Of a stretch of 64,000 bases of DNA, positions 38,689 through 51,992 are shown piece after piece. This stretch comes from Octopus vulgaris. Taxonomy: Eukaryota. Position 1 is the stretch's first letter; every line of letters starts with the position of its first letter. The translations under genes and the position numbers were made by a program. The notes below the pieces were generated by a model that did no database searches, was not told the origin of the DNA, and was given only the letters and a program-made list of their open reading frames with translations. The stretch is taken from positions 57,040,001 through 57,104,000 of the forward strand of contig OX597820.1 of NCBI GenBank assembly GCA_951406725.2. The letters run 5' to 3'.

Positions 38689-38999
38689 AAAACATTCCTC
38701 CACTCTTATTTCTCAGTGCCTTTCATCCTTTCTTTTCATTCTCATCTCTTTTTCCTCACTGTTCTCTCCCTCCCTCCCTCCCTCTCTCACTCTTATTCTT
38801 TCACCTTTAACGTCTCCTCTCCCCCTCCTTCTTTCTATTCTTTACAGTCTTTACCCTGTACAATGCCTCTGTAACTCATACATTTATCCTTAAATAATTC
38901 CTTCACATTTTTCGTCTCTCCCTTAATTGCCCTCCTCTCTCTCTCTCTCTCCCTCTCTATCAACCAATATCCCTTTCTCTCTCACTATTTCTCATTCAG

Positions 39000-39030
<31 letters not shown>

Positions 39031-40320
39031 CCCTCTTACAGCTTCTCTCGCTCTTTCTCCCTTTCTATTCTAATTCCCATAATTTCCACTCCCTAGACAC
39101 TAACTCCACATCTCCAATTCTTCCTTCTCCATACCTCCACTCAACACTTTATCCTCCACTCCACCCTTCACTCTGTTCATCTTACCTCCTCCTTTTTTTC
39201 TGTGTCCCTCCTTAGTTTCCACTCCCACTATTCTTTCTATTTATTCTTTTATTTTTTCATTCTTTTACTCGTTTCAATCATTTGACTGCAGCCATACTGG
39301 AGCACCGCCTTTAGTGTAACAAATCGACCCCGGGACTTATTCTTTGTAAGCCTAGTACTTATTCTATCGGTTTATTTTACTGAACTGCCAAGTTATGGGG
39401 ACATAACCACACCAACATTGTGTGTGTGCCTGTTTGTTACCTACCATCGCTTGACAACCACACACACACACACACACATATGCAATGAGCTTCTTTCAGT
39501 TTCAGTCTACCAAATCCAACTACAAACTTTTGGTCAGCCTGAGGCTATAGTAGAAAACACTTGCCCAAGGTTCCATGCAGTGGGACTGAACCCAGAACCA
39601 TGTGGTTCGTAAGCAAGCTATTTACCACACAGCCACTTCTGATATATATATATATATATATATATACATACAATGGGCTTCTTTTAGTTTCCGTCTACTA
39701 AATCCACTCACAAGGTTTTGGTTGGCCTGAGACTATGACTATAGTAAACGACACTTGCTCAAAGTGCCACCCAGTGGGACTGAACCCGGAACCATGAGGT
39801 TGGGAAGCAAGCCACTTACCACACAATCATTCCTGTACCTATTTGTCCTCAATCTCCAACTTTATCCTTCATATCATTCCCCCCTCTACTCCCTCTCCTT
39901 TCTTTCCATAATCATTGCTCTTCGCCCCCTTCCCACTTAACATCTCCTCCCACTATCTTTTTGTCACCACCTTCTTATTTAACTCTTTCCTTTTCCTTTT
40001 TTCTCCTCCCTTTGCTTTTTCAATACTTTCTCTCACTAATTCTCATTTCGATATTTCATTACCATTCTCTTCTTTTCCTCTTGTCTTCCCCATCCTCTTT
40101 CTCTCTCTCTCTTGCCACCTCCCTCCCTCTCTCTCACATTCCCTTAGATTGCTTTCTCTCTCTAATTATTCTCTCTCTATATTATTACTACTTAGCCCTT
40201 CTCTTTCTCCGTCTTTCCCTTCTCTCTTGCTGTTTCTTCTCCTGTTCTCTTCCAATACTTTCTCCCTCCAAATCTCTGTTGTTATCCACTATCTTTATTA
40301 ATTTCCTTAACTTTTATTAG
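38170..40320. repeat. Long polypyrimidine (CT-rich) low-complexity tract, interrupted by family B SINEs (39255-39838, -)
   Basis: Direct reading. Confidence 0.85.
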
Positions 40321-40954
40321 CCTTCAGGCATTTCCAGCTTTATACAATTCTACACATAATACACTCACGCACACACTCACACACACACACACGCATCACA
40401 TACTAATACACATGCACACATCTATACACACATACAAATATACATATGCTTGTACACTCATAGACACACACACACACATACATATATACATACATCTCTA
40501 CACGAGCACACATCTACACATGTACACACATACACACACATATCACATACTAGTACACATGCACACATCTATACACACATACAAATATATATGCATGCAC
40601 ACTCATAGACACACACACACACACACACACATATATAAATATATACATACATCTCTACACATGAGTACACATCTACACATGCACACACACAGACACACAC
40701 ACACACACATATACAGATACATCTCTACACCCGAGCTCATGCCTAAACATGCATGTACAAACACATGCACATACACACACTCATTCATACACACACTGAC
40801 ATATATCCATAAGCACACACATGTTCTCACACACCAAACAATCCATACACGGTGTGTATACAACAATAGTCAACAATAGTCCCAATATTTGGTATTTTAC
40901 AAAAGGTTATTTCCTCTCCTTATACAATTGCAATGTCTGCCTCAAGTACTTGTT

Positions 40955-41021
40955 GACTACTACTACTGCTGCTGCTGCTACTACTACTACTACTACTACT
41001 ACTACTAATACTTCTACTACC

Positions 41022-41053
<32 letters not shown>

Positions 41054-41207
41054 CAGCAACAATACCACCACCACCACCACCACCACCACCACCATTACTA
41101 CTACTACTACTACAACTACGACTACTACTACTACTACCACCACCACCACCACCACCACCACCACCACCACCACCACCACCACCACCACCACCACCACTAC
41201 CACCACC

Positions 41208-41240
<33 letters not shown>

Positions 41241-41255
41241 TCTACTACTACCACT
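40955..41255. repeat. (ACT)n/(ACC)n/(AAC)n microsatellite
   Basis: Direct reading. Confidence 0.95.
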
Positions 41256-41369
41256 GTCACCAAGGCCATAAGTGTCCATAAGAGCTGTCAAGGACAAAGT
41301 TCACTTGCATATCTGTCTGTAGAGTGAGTATATTAATCTAAGTGTACAGTATTATATATCTATAATGGC

Positions 41370-41454
41370 TACCTCTGATGAGCACAGGGTTACATAATCG
41401 AACTGTTACCTAACATTCTGTTGTACCCCTAGTGCAAAACCAATCTGTAAGATC
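41370..41454 (+). ncRNA. Degenerate type I hammerhead-like motif
   Basis: CTGATGA-gcacagggttaca...tgtacccctagtgc-AAAAC(for GAAAC)-caatct-GTA. Confidence 0.5.
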
Positions 41455-41502
41455 AACCATAAAGGATATATAATACTGTAGACTTCGATGAATATATATG
41501 CA

Positions 41503-41590
41503 TGGCACCTTGGGTAAAGGTCTTCTACTATAGCCACAGGCCGATCAAAGCCTTGTGAGTGGATTTGGTAAATGGAAACTGGAAGAAGCC

Positions 41591-41640
<50 letters not shown>

Positions 41641-42117
41641 CATCATTGTTTAACGTCCGCTTTCCATGCTAGCATGGGTTGGATGATTTGACTGAGGACT
41701 GGCGAACCAGATGGCTGCACCAAGCTATGTGTGTGTCTGTGTTTGTCCCCACCATTGCTTGACAACTGATGCTGGTATGTTTACATCTCTGTAACCTAGT
41801 GGTTTGGCAAAAGAGATTGATAGAATAAGTACTAGGCTTACAAAGAATAAGTCCTGGGGTTTATTTGTTTGACTAAAGATGGTACTCCAGCATGGCCACA
41901 GTCAAATGATTGAAATAAGTAAAAGAATAAAAGAATACATATGCATGTATATATGCAGTGGGCTTCTACAGAGTTTCTGCCTACCAAATCCACTGACAAG
42001 GCATTGGTTGGTCTTCTGCTATAGTAGAAGATACTTGCTCAATGTGCTGCAAAGTGGGATAGAACCCAAAACCACATGATTGCAAAGTGAGCTTCTTAAC
42101 CACACAACTATGCCTGG
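41503..42117. mobile_element. Family B SINE (+) containing a family C fragment, followed by an inverted family B head
   Basis: Homology to family consensus as above. Confidence 0.75.
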
Positions 42118-45100
42118 CTTAGTCTAAATTCTCTAGACTCCAAATTCTACCGCACATATTCTTTGTTTTGCATTTCTCAATGATTGATGAAAGAAAGTCA
42201 ACAGATACGTATGCTATATTGATTGGTCTCCAATATATTGTAACTTCTTAAGTGGTTGAGTCTCAGAAACAGTAAAATACCCATCTACATTCTTTAGAAT
42301 TCAAATTCTTCCAAACACTTTGCCTTGTATCTCTCTATGATTGATGAAATAAAGTTCTCTTATACAAGAACTTTTATTATCAATTGCAACTTCTCTGTTA
42401 CAAATTTATGGCCTTATCGCAGTGTAAAAATTCCTTAAAAGTCAATCTAACCTTCTTAACTTTTAATGAATTTTAGTAATGTATATTAGTATTTGTTTTT
42501 ATTCATACTTTTCATTCATGTTTGAACTTAGGATAAGAATATAAAACTATAAAACTAAGACATGAAATCTAACTTTGTTCTTAGAACAGGTTTCAATTAT
42601 ATCAGTCTGTGTAGTTCAATTTATCTTTAATAATATCAAATATATACAGAAGATACTAACAATGAAATAGTTCCCGGTAATGGTGATTATGTCCATAACA
42701 CATTGTTTTGTTGACTTTCTACTGCAGAATTTTCTTTCTTTTTTGTGGAGTATCTTTAGGAGTATGTCAGCTTCAAGAAACCAATCTTTTTCTTAAAGAG
42801 AGAAAGAAAGAAATCCAACACTGCAAGCTAATAAAGTATTTGTCAAATTCTACAGTGATCTTGATTACCCCAGGGAGCTGAACCACATAGTGTTGCTGTT
42901 AATATTTTTAACCTTTCAATGGATAAATCCCCCCAACATAGCTGGACTGGGTTATTGATAGCTAAGTGTCTTTTCAATGGTTATATCAAACCATTAAATA
43001 CAATGCTAAGACTCCCTGCTGCTCTCTGCTTTGTGTATCTAGGTTTCAGATTAGTTGTACTGCCTCACAGCTACATCGTTCTGGGTTCAAACCAGCTGTA
43101 CAGCACATTGGACAAGTGTTTTAACCTTGGGTCAACTCATACCTTTTGTGTGGAATTGAGTACATGGAAACTGTAAGGAAACTTGTCAGGGAATTTGCAC
43201 TGAGCCTTAGATAATATACCTATTTTATTGCCTGATTTAAAATCACCTCCTGCCCCTTGGTTGATTTTAGTAGAATTTACTTGGTAGTAAGTATTAAAAC
43301 CAGAACTGTGTTCTGAGAATAACTAAAGATTTTGAAGTGTTGCTTCCTGTTGCATCAACCCATATAAGGAATTGGTAATTTCAGTTCTCATAAGGAGAAT
43401 GTGACAATTCTCGCACTTGAGCTTTATTTGAGAGTGATGAAGAGTGAAAGTGAGAGTGAGGAGGGGAAAGAGAGAGAGAGAGAAAGAGAGAGAGAGAAAG
43501 AAAGAAGGAGTGGTGTTGCTTTGCTTGAAAGCAAGTAAATTTTAGTTAGCTTGGTACAGAGGTTAAGCAAAACTAGTACCCATACTAGAAAGCAGAGGAA
43601 TGATGAGGCATGGGGGAATAGAGAGGAGATTGGGTGAATCCTGAAAGTGCTAAAGTACTTGAGTTTATTTTGTAGCACAGAGAGATAGAAAAAAAAAGAG
43701 AGAAGGAGTGATAGAGAGAGAGAAAGAGAGTGATAGAGAGAGGGAGAAAGAAAGAGAGATGGACAACAACATATTCTGATAATTGAGTTCCATTTCTCTC
43801 TCTCTCTCTGTTTCTCTTGTTGTTTGATACAATACAGAACAAATGTAACTGCACAGAATCTGTTTTAGAAAATTGTTGCTGTTCCAGTGTTAAAAAGGTT
43901 AATTACATCAATTATAAATGATTTATGCATTAAAAGCAAGGACGTATGTGTGTGTGTGTGTGTGTATGCGTATGCGTGTAAGAGTTGTCTATTTGATTAT
44001 TGATATATTTCTGATGGGTCTGAAAAATTATCATTGTTCTCCTCCTCCTCCTCCTCCTCCTCATCATCATCATCATCATCATCACATTCCTGTCATCACC
44101 ATCATCATTCCTGTCATCATCATCGTCATCATTATCATCGTTGGTATACTCCTCATTGCTGCTGTCAATGTCATCATTATCATTATCATCATCATCAGCA
44201 ACATTATCATACACCACCATCATCATCATCACTATGGTGATTGTTAGTTTTATCAAAAAGCAACTATTTGTCTTCACTCATCTGTCAGTTTTCATTTAAA
44301 TAACCCAAACGGACCCACTCAGGTGGTGTTGGTGTGTGCATGTGTGTGCGTGTGGGGGGATCATGTCCAGCCCCCTTCCCCAACCTCTTATATAAATCAC
44401 ACAGACACACTAATTTCTTAATTTCATTCACAGACTAATAACAAAAATTGGTCTGTGCAATTATTACAATAGATTCAACTGAGGTATTTAAAATTAAACG
44501 AGTTCATTTGAAGGATTATTTCTTGTCTGTCAGTAAGAACTGGTATGCTGATGTTTAACCCTTGGTTAGCCTTGACTAATAAGACCTATGATCAAAGAAA
44601 TTCTTGCCATAACCATCCTGTCTTTCTTTTTCTTATTAGTTATAGTATCAATTCTTTATTTTCTTTTACTCTTTTACTTGTTTCAGTCATTTGACTATGT
44701 CCATGCTGGAGCACCACCTTTAGTCAAACAAATCGAATGCAGGACTTATTCTTTCAGCTTTTGTCTACCAAATCCACTTGCAAGGATTTGGTCTACCCGA
44801 GGCTATTGTAGAAAACACTTGTCTTAGGTGCCACACAGTGGGACTGAACTCAGAACCATGTGATTGGTAAGGAAGCTACTTGCCACACATTCACTCCTGC
44901 ACTTTCTGTTTTTTTTTATGTATGTTAGGATGTGTGATTTGAGCCAGATTTAGCATTTTTTTCCATTCAGTGAAGGTCAAACTCAGAGTAGCAAGAGACT
45001 GACACAATCAAAATAAAATATATTACTGATCTCTACTATGTTATTGAGTACTCTTTTTTCTGACAATCAACACTAGACACGTGTATATACACACTCACAT

Positions 45101-45169
45101 GCCTATATATATATAAAACAGATAAATGGGCTGCCTGGTATTGCTACAATCGTTTCATTAAAAATCTAT

Positions 45170-46163
45170 GAAGCCAGTATGATCCGATGGATGTGTAATG
45201 TCAGTGTGCATACTCGACAGAGTGTAAGTACCTTGAGAGAAATGTTGGACCTAAGAAGCATCAGATGTGGTGTGCAAGAGAGACAACTGCGCTGGTATGG
45301 TCATGTGGTGAGAATGGATGAGGACAGCTGTGTGAAAAAGTGCCATACCCTAGTGGTTGAGGGAACCTGCGGAAGAGGTAGACCCAGGAAAACCTGGGAT
45401 GAAGAAGTGAAGCACGACCTTCGAACTTTAGGCCTCACCAAGGAAATGACCAAGACTTTTGGAAATATGCCGTGCGTGAGAAGACCCGGCAAGCCAAATG
45501 AGACCATAATCTCTTGGCCTGTGCCAGGGGCATAACCAGCCCACTTATGCATACCTTTTCCTTCTTTGGACACTAAAACTCTGCTTGCGAAGACCTGTTT
45601 AAGTAAGTGAAATCAAAATCAAAATCAAATTCGATGACTGGCGTCCGTGCTAGCAGGGTGAAAAGAGTACCATACGAGTGTGATCATTGACAGAGTGGCT
45701 AACCGGCTTCCGTGCCAGTGGCACTTAAAAGGCACCATTCGAGCGTGATCATTACCAGCATCGCCTTACTGGCACTCGAGCCCCATGCTAGTAGGGTATT
45801 ACAAGCACCATCAGAACGTGATCATTGTCAGAGTGGCTATCTGGCCTCTATGCCGGAGGCACGTAAAAGACACCATTCGAGTGTGATTATTACCAGCATC
45901 GCCTTACTTGCACCTGTGCCGGTGGCATGTGTAAAAGATTCGAGTGAGGTCGTTGCCAGGACCATCTGACTGGCCCCATGCCGGTGGCATGCAAAAGCAC
46001 CCACTACACTCTTGGAGTGGTTGGTGTTAGGAAGAGCATCCAGCTGTAGAAACTATGCTAGGTCAAGATTGAAGCCTGGTGCAGCCATCTGGTTCGCCAG
46101 CCCTCAGTCAATCGTCCAACCTATGCTAGCATGGAAAGCAGACGTTAAACGATGATGATGATG
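45170..46163 (+). mobile_element. 5'-truncated RTE LINE (ORF C-terminus + long 3' UTR + (GAT)n tail); parent of family C
   Basis: MIRWMCNVS...QERQLRWYGHVVRMDEDSCVKKCHTLVVEGTCGRGRPRKTWDEEVKHDLRTLGL (RTE LRWYGHV.R / GRGRPRKTW signature). Confidence 0.9.
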
Positions 46164-46804
46164 ATTCACTCGTATATATGTCAGTTGACAATTTCTTGCT
46201 TATCAATGGTACAAATATATGTGTGTGTGTTTGTATGTATGTGTGTATGTATATGGCTGAATAGCTAAGAAGCTAATTTTGTACTCATAATGTCTTGGGA
46301 TTGTTCCCACTGCTTGGCATCTTGAGCAAGTATCTTTATTCCATGGCCTCCGGGTCTACCTAATGTTCATGAATGAAATTAGGTCGATAAAAACTGCATG
46401 GAAGCACATTGAATGGATTCTGCTGTATAATGATGATTCTGTCTTAGAATTACATCAACTGTTTCTTTCTACAACATCATGCCTTGAGACAGATACGTTT
46501 GACCCATTTTTACCCATGTCTTATCTGTGTTCATATTTATGTGTGTGTGTGTGTGTGTGACTGTTGAAAAAATATCTGTGTCTATTGAACATTCATTATA
46601 TATGTGTATACATGTTGTAGAGATGCATCTCCAAGTCAGTTCTAATCAAGCAGAACTACAGTACATAAGTAATTGTCTGAACAACTATGTGTTACTCACA
46701 TACCTATTGTTCCTGATATATCGCTTCTCTGTTTAACCAAGGACTAAACTGAGCAGTCACTTATATGATGGTTTGTATTTAGTACAAGTATGACAGTTTG
46801 CATA

Positions 46805-47224
46805 TACTCTTTACTCTTTACTCTCTTTTACTGGTTTCAGTCATTTGACTGTGGCCATGCTGGAGCACCGCCTTTAGTCAAGCAAATCGACCCTAGGACT
46901 TATTCTTTGTAAGCCTAGTACTTATTCTATCGGTCTCTTTTGCCAAACCACTAAGTTATGGGGACGTAAACACACCAGCATTGTCAAGCAATGTTGAGGG
47001 GACAAACAGAAACACAAACATATACAAACACATACACAGATATATATATATACATATATATGATAGGATTCTTTCAGTTTCTGTCTACTAAATCCACTCA
47101 CAAGGCTTTGGTTGGCCCAAGGCTATAGTAGAAGACACTTGCCCAAAGTGCCACACAGTGGGACTGAACCCGGAACCATGTGGCTGGTAAGCAAGCTGCT
47201 TACCAAACAGCCACTCCTACGCCT
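46805..47224 (-). mobile_element. SINE family B, full length
   Basis: Reverse-complement homology; (TACTCTTT)n tail. Confidence 0.85.
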
Positions 47225-47885
47225 ATATGTTGCACTTTAAATGTGTGTTTCTTTGCTTATATATGTATGTGTATATACCTATTTGTCTATCTGTCCATCT
47301 CTCTATATATATTCATCTGCCTGTCTGTCTATCTACACAGACAAATACACATAAATATGTGTGTGGGTCCAACCAATACCAACATAGGATATGGACATTA
47401 GAGGATGATGATAACTGTATATGCATGTGTGTATGTATATGTATATCCATGCACAATTCTGCACACACACACATGCATCTATATACATCTGTGAATGTAA
47501 TTTCACTTGCATAAACTATAATGAAATTACAGTGCAATTGTGACTTCATTTCGGTACTTAAATTTTGTTAAGCACTTGTTTCTCAGCTTCCATCATGAAT
47601 TAGACGTGTGCTTCTCATCAATTAAACTCAAGAGCTTGCCTTCACTCCCACTGGAGCTATTTCACTTCGTTAATATATGATTCCCACCAGAATTATTTCA
47701 TTTCAGTTGCTAATACTCTTTGGAGAAATGTAAAATTGCTGGCTGTTAAAATTTCATTTCATTTTCCCTATATAACAAACTTTATTGTTACAGAAGATAT
47801 TGTTGTTTTGCTCTAGTTCTATCCTGATTAATCAAACTATGACCAAAGGCATTCCAACCAGTACCATCCTGTTGACATATATACC

Positions 47886-47940
<55 letters not shown>

Positions 47941-48272
47941 TGGGGTTCTTTCAGTTTCCGTCTTCTTAATCCACTCATAAGGCTTTGGGTGGCCCAAGGC
48001 TATAGCAGAAAACACTTGTCTCAAGGTGCCTTATAGTGTGACTGAACCTGGAACCATGTGGTTGGGAAGCAAGCTTCTTACCACACAGCTACACCTGCAC
48101 CGATACACAAGTTGTACAAGTCATTCTTTATTCTTTAACATTTTGTTTCAATCATTAGAGTGTGGCCATGCTGGGGCACTGCCCTGAAGGGCTTTAGTCA
48201 AACAAATCAACCCCAATACTAAGTTTGGTATTTATTTTATTGGTATCTTGTGTCAAACTGCTAAGTTATAGG

Positions 48273-48435
48273 CACGAGCATAGCTAGAGTGTATACCACC
48301 TGGGGTGGTCCTTCTGTTTGCTGTTCCCCCAGACAAAAAAACACATACTGCCTACAGCAGAGCCAAAGGTGCTACCCCTTTAAAGTGCTGCCCGGGGAGG
48401 ACCACCTCAATCGCCCCACCCCAGCTATGCTAGTG
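48273..48435. mobile_element. hAT-type MITE inserted in a family B SINE (48125-48758, -)
   Basis: 19-bp TIRs cacgagcatagctagagtg / caccccagctatgctagtg; 8-bp TSD gttatagg/gttatggg. Confidence 0.75.
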
Positions 48436-48905
48436 GTTATGGGGATGTAAACACACTGACACCAGTTCTCAAGCACAGATGCAGACACAAAAACAAATAC
48501 ACACACACACACGCAAATGCACATATATACACACAAGCAGATACAGACACACACACATGCATATACACATACACACACACATGTACATGTATATGATGGG
48601 CTTCCACACAGTTTCCATCTACTACATTCACTCACTAGACATTGGTTGACCTGGAGCTATAGCAGAAGCAACTTGGCCAAGAGGCTGCACTGTGGGACTG
48701 AACCTGAAACCACATAGCAGCAAAACAAGCCCTGTAACCAAACAGCCATGCATGCACCTAAAATTTTTTAAAATTATGTTATTGCAAAAAAAAAATGAAA
48801 AAAAAATGAGAATAAAAGTATGGAATAGGGATGCAGATGCTTACTACTTGCCTTCTGCCCACCCCCACAAAAAAAAGAAGAAAAATTCCAATATATATAT
48901 GACAT

Positions 48906-49067
48906 AGGCGTAGGAGTGGCTGTGTGGTAAGTAGCTTGCTTACCAACCACATGGTTCCGGGTTCAGTCCCACTGCATGACACCTTGGGCAAGTGTCTTCT
49001 ACTATAGCCTTGGGCCAACCAAAGCCTTGTAAGTGAATTTGGTAGATGGAAACTGAAAGAAGCCTGT

Positions 49068-49112
<45 letters not shown>

Positions 49113-49312
49113 ATATGTTCCCCCCCCCCACATCACTTGACAACCAATGCTGATGTATTAACGTCCCCATAACTTAGCAGTTCGGCAAAAGAGACCGATA
49201 GAATAAGTTCTAGGCTTACAAAGAATAAGTCCTGAAGTCGATTTGCTCGACTAAAGGTGGTGCTCCAGCATGGCCACAGTCAAATGACTGAAACAAGTAA
49301 AAGAGTAAAGAG
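48906..49312 (+). mobile_element. SINE family B, full length
   Basis: A-box-like tggctgtgtgg, B-box-like ggttcagtccc, CORE-like gacaccttgggcaagt, internal microsatellite, (AGTAAAAG)n tail. Confidence 0.88.
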
Positions 49313-50945
49313 AGAGACATAAATAAAAGTCAAATCTTGATTGTCTGTCTGTTTGTCTCCAGTCTGTCTGTCTGTCTGTCTGTCTGTTTAGTTCAGTCAG
49401 CAATTTTTTTTCCTTTTTTTTTGTCCTTTGAGGTCTTTTTTTTAAAAATTTAATTTTATCTATTTGTTCATTTACTTTTTAATATCTATCACTCTTGGCA
49501 ATAGTTTCCCCCACCCCGTCCAACTCACCCACCCACCCACGCCCTTCCCTGCACAAGTTCAACTTACCAAAGAAAATCAATAATCAAATAAGTTACCATC
49601 ATGCAACATTCTCTCAATTTGATTGTCATGACCCCAACCACCACCCCCTGCTGCTGCTGCTGCTGTACTTGTCAATATCGTTATAGCTGTGCATGTTGTC
49701 AATATCACTGTAGTTGTACTCATTGTTGATATTGTTGTACTTGTACTTCAAATTATTGTTGTTGATATTACTGTTGCTGCACTTCTGGCTGTTGTTGTCT
49801 TTTCCTCATTTTCATGTTTTGTTGTTATTTTTTTTGTCACTTTATTGCTTGCTTTTTTTTTGTTTTCAGTTTTTTTTTACATTCTTTTGTATTGTTTTAT
49901 GCCTCTTCCCCTATTGATTGCTTTCATTAGGTATCTATTTTTACTTTTTTTTTGTTATTTTATTTCACTTTATTGTGGTGGCAGGGGTGTACTTCTTCCA
50001 TTTCTCTTCCTCATCATCACATCGTCATGGTTACAGCACAACTATTTCTGGTTCCCCCGTATCTTTTTAGTATATTTTGGGGAATCTTTTTTTTGAAGAA
50101 AAAATCTTTTTTATTTTGTATTTAGCTGTGATTTAAAAATAAAGAAAAATTTTCCTTTTTGTCATCATCGTCATCATCATCATCATTATCTCCTGCCCCA
50201 CCTGTTATCTTTACCACCACCCCATCATCATCATAATTCTTCTCCTCCCCTCTTCACCTCCTCTCACCTCGCCTTCTCTTTGCCCCTCCTCTCTCTTTTC
50301 TCCTCCGCCTCCTCCTCGCCTCCTCCTCCTCCTCCTCACCACCACCACCACCACCACCATCATCATCATTACGATTCTACTTCTATAGTAAGGAGCTAAT
50401 TAAATAAAAAATAGAATTATAAAACACCCTCCACCTCTCTATGAGGCATTTTTTTTTTCATTTGTTTATTTATGTAAACAAATTGGTGAAAAAGCAAAAT
50501 AAATAAATAAATCAAAAACCTGCAGCATCTGATCCAAGCACTTAACAAGCATCTTTCCCATTGATTTTTAATATTCAGTGAATGCAAAAATGTTCATGTT
50601 CTGCAAAATATTTTAATATTTTTCCTGTGACAAAATTATACATGCTCTGAATACTCAGGCAAATGTAAACTTCAAGTAGGTGTTAATATTAATTACAATA
50701 CAATTTTAGAAAACTGGTCTTTTGTGCACACATTAAAGTCTTTTGTGCACTGATCGGAAAATGTGCATAGGTGTGTGTGTATGCACATATGCATAGCTGA
50801 GAGTAAACAATACTTATAACTATTTCAGCATCTTAAACGAAGACATAATGGGAGTTGATACAAAGTACTTCATTCATTGAGTTGTTTAGCATAACTACTA
50901 GAAACTTTGATTTAGTGTAGTGGATCTAAGCTAGTGATACCTGAA

Positions 50946-51137
50946 CCCAGTTCTATATTTAAGAGATGAGGAATTATGTACATTATTTACATTATTTACA
51001 TTCGACAGATATTTCTCCTCATCTTGTTTGTTGTTAACACAACATTTTGACTGATAAACCCTCTAGCCTTCTTCAGGTGTCTTGGGGAAATTTTAAACCT
51101 AAGGTATTTTTCGATGTTGTTGTTGTTATTATTATTA

Positions 51138-51172
<35 letters not shown>

Positions 51173-51526
51173 ATCACTGCCTTGAATCAAACTCAGAATC
51201 TTGGGGTTAGTAGCTCATGCTCTTAACCACTACACCATAAGCCCAAGCATATGGCGTAGTGGTTAAGAGCGCGGGCTACTAACCCCAAGATTCTGAGTTC
51301 GATTCCAGGCAGTGACCTCAATAATAGCAATAATGATAATAATAATAATAATACTCTTTACATTTTACTATTTTACTCTTTTACTTGTTTCAGTCATTTG
51401 ACTGCGGCCATGGAGCACCGCCTTTAGTTGAGCAAATCGCCCCCCCACCCACGATTTACTCTTTGTAAGCCTAGTACATATTCTATCGGTCTCTTTTGCC
51501 GAACCATTTAGTTATGGGGACGTAAA

Positions 51527-51598
<72 letters not shown>

Positions 51599-51762
51599 CA
51601 TATATACAGCGGGCTTCCTTCAGTTTCCGTCTACCAAATCAACTCACAAGGCTTTGGTCGGCCCAAGTCTATAATAGAAGATACTTGCCCAAGGTGCCAC
51701 ATAGTGGGAATGAACCCGGAACCATGTGGTTGGTAAGCAAGCTACTTACCACACAGCACTCC

Positions 51763-51805
<43 letters not shown>

Positions 51806-51948
51806 TTGAAAAATACCTTAAGAATGAGAACCCAGGTTCAAAATTTCCCCAAAACACCTGATGAAGGCTGGCTGGTATATCAGCCGAAACGTGTTAACAC
51901 CAAACAAAATGAGGACAAATATTCATCAAATGTAAATAATGTAAATAA
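50946..51948. mobile_element. Family D foldback element, two arms: head-to-head tRNA-like heads, each followed by (AAT)n and a hammerhead-like motif
   Basis: 11-bp TSD tgatacctgaa (50935-50945 / 51949-51959); heads 51171-51244 (-) and 51245-51317 (+); HHR-like motifs 51036-51081 (-) and 51853-51895 (+). Confidence 0.85.
51352..51761 (-). mobile_element. SINE family B nested in the (AAT)n tract of family D
   Basis: Reverse-complement homology; (AAT)n on both sides. Confidence 0.85.
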
Positions 51949-51992
51949 TGATACCTGAATGTTGTAATGTGATACACCTGTATGCTGCAATA

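Noticed and set aside
40821-41327. Mucin-like poly-Thr ORF
   Set aside because: Pure (ACT)/(ACC) microsatellite, open in multiple frames.
44356-44368. 13-mer ggggatcatgtcc shared with 56530-56542
   Set aside because: A single 13-bp match in 64 kb is expected by chance, and the flanks do not align beyond TG-rich sequence.
51245-51317. Functional tRNA gene (apparent ACT anticodon)
   Set aside because: Acceptor and T stems pair poorly, there is no long variable arm as expected for Ser, and it is part of a repeated TSD-flanked element, so it is a SINE-type head.
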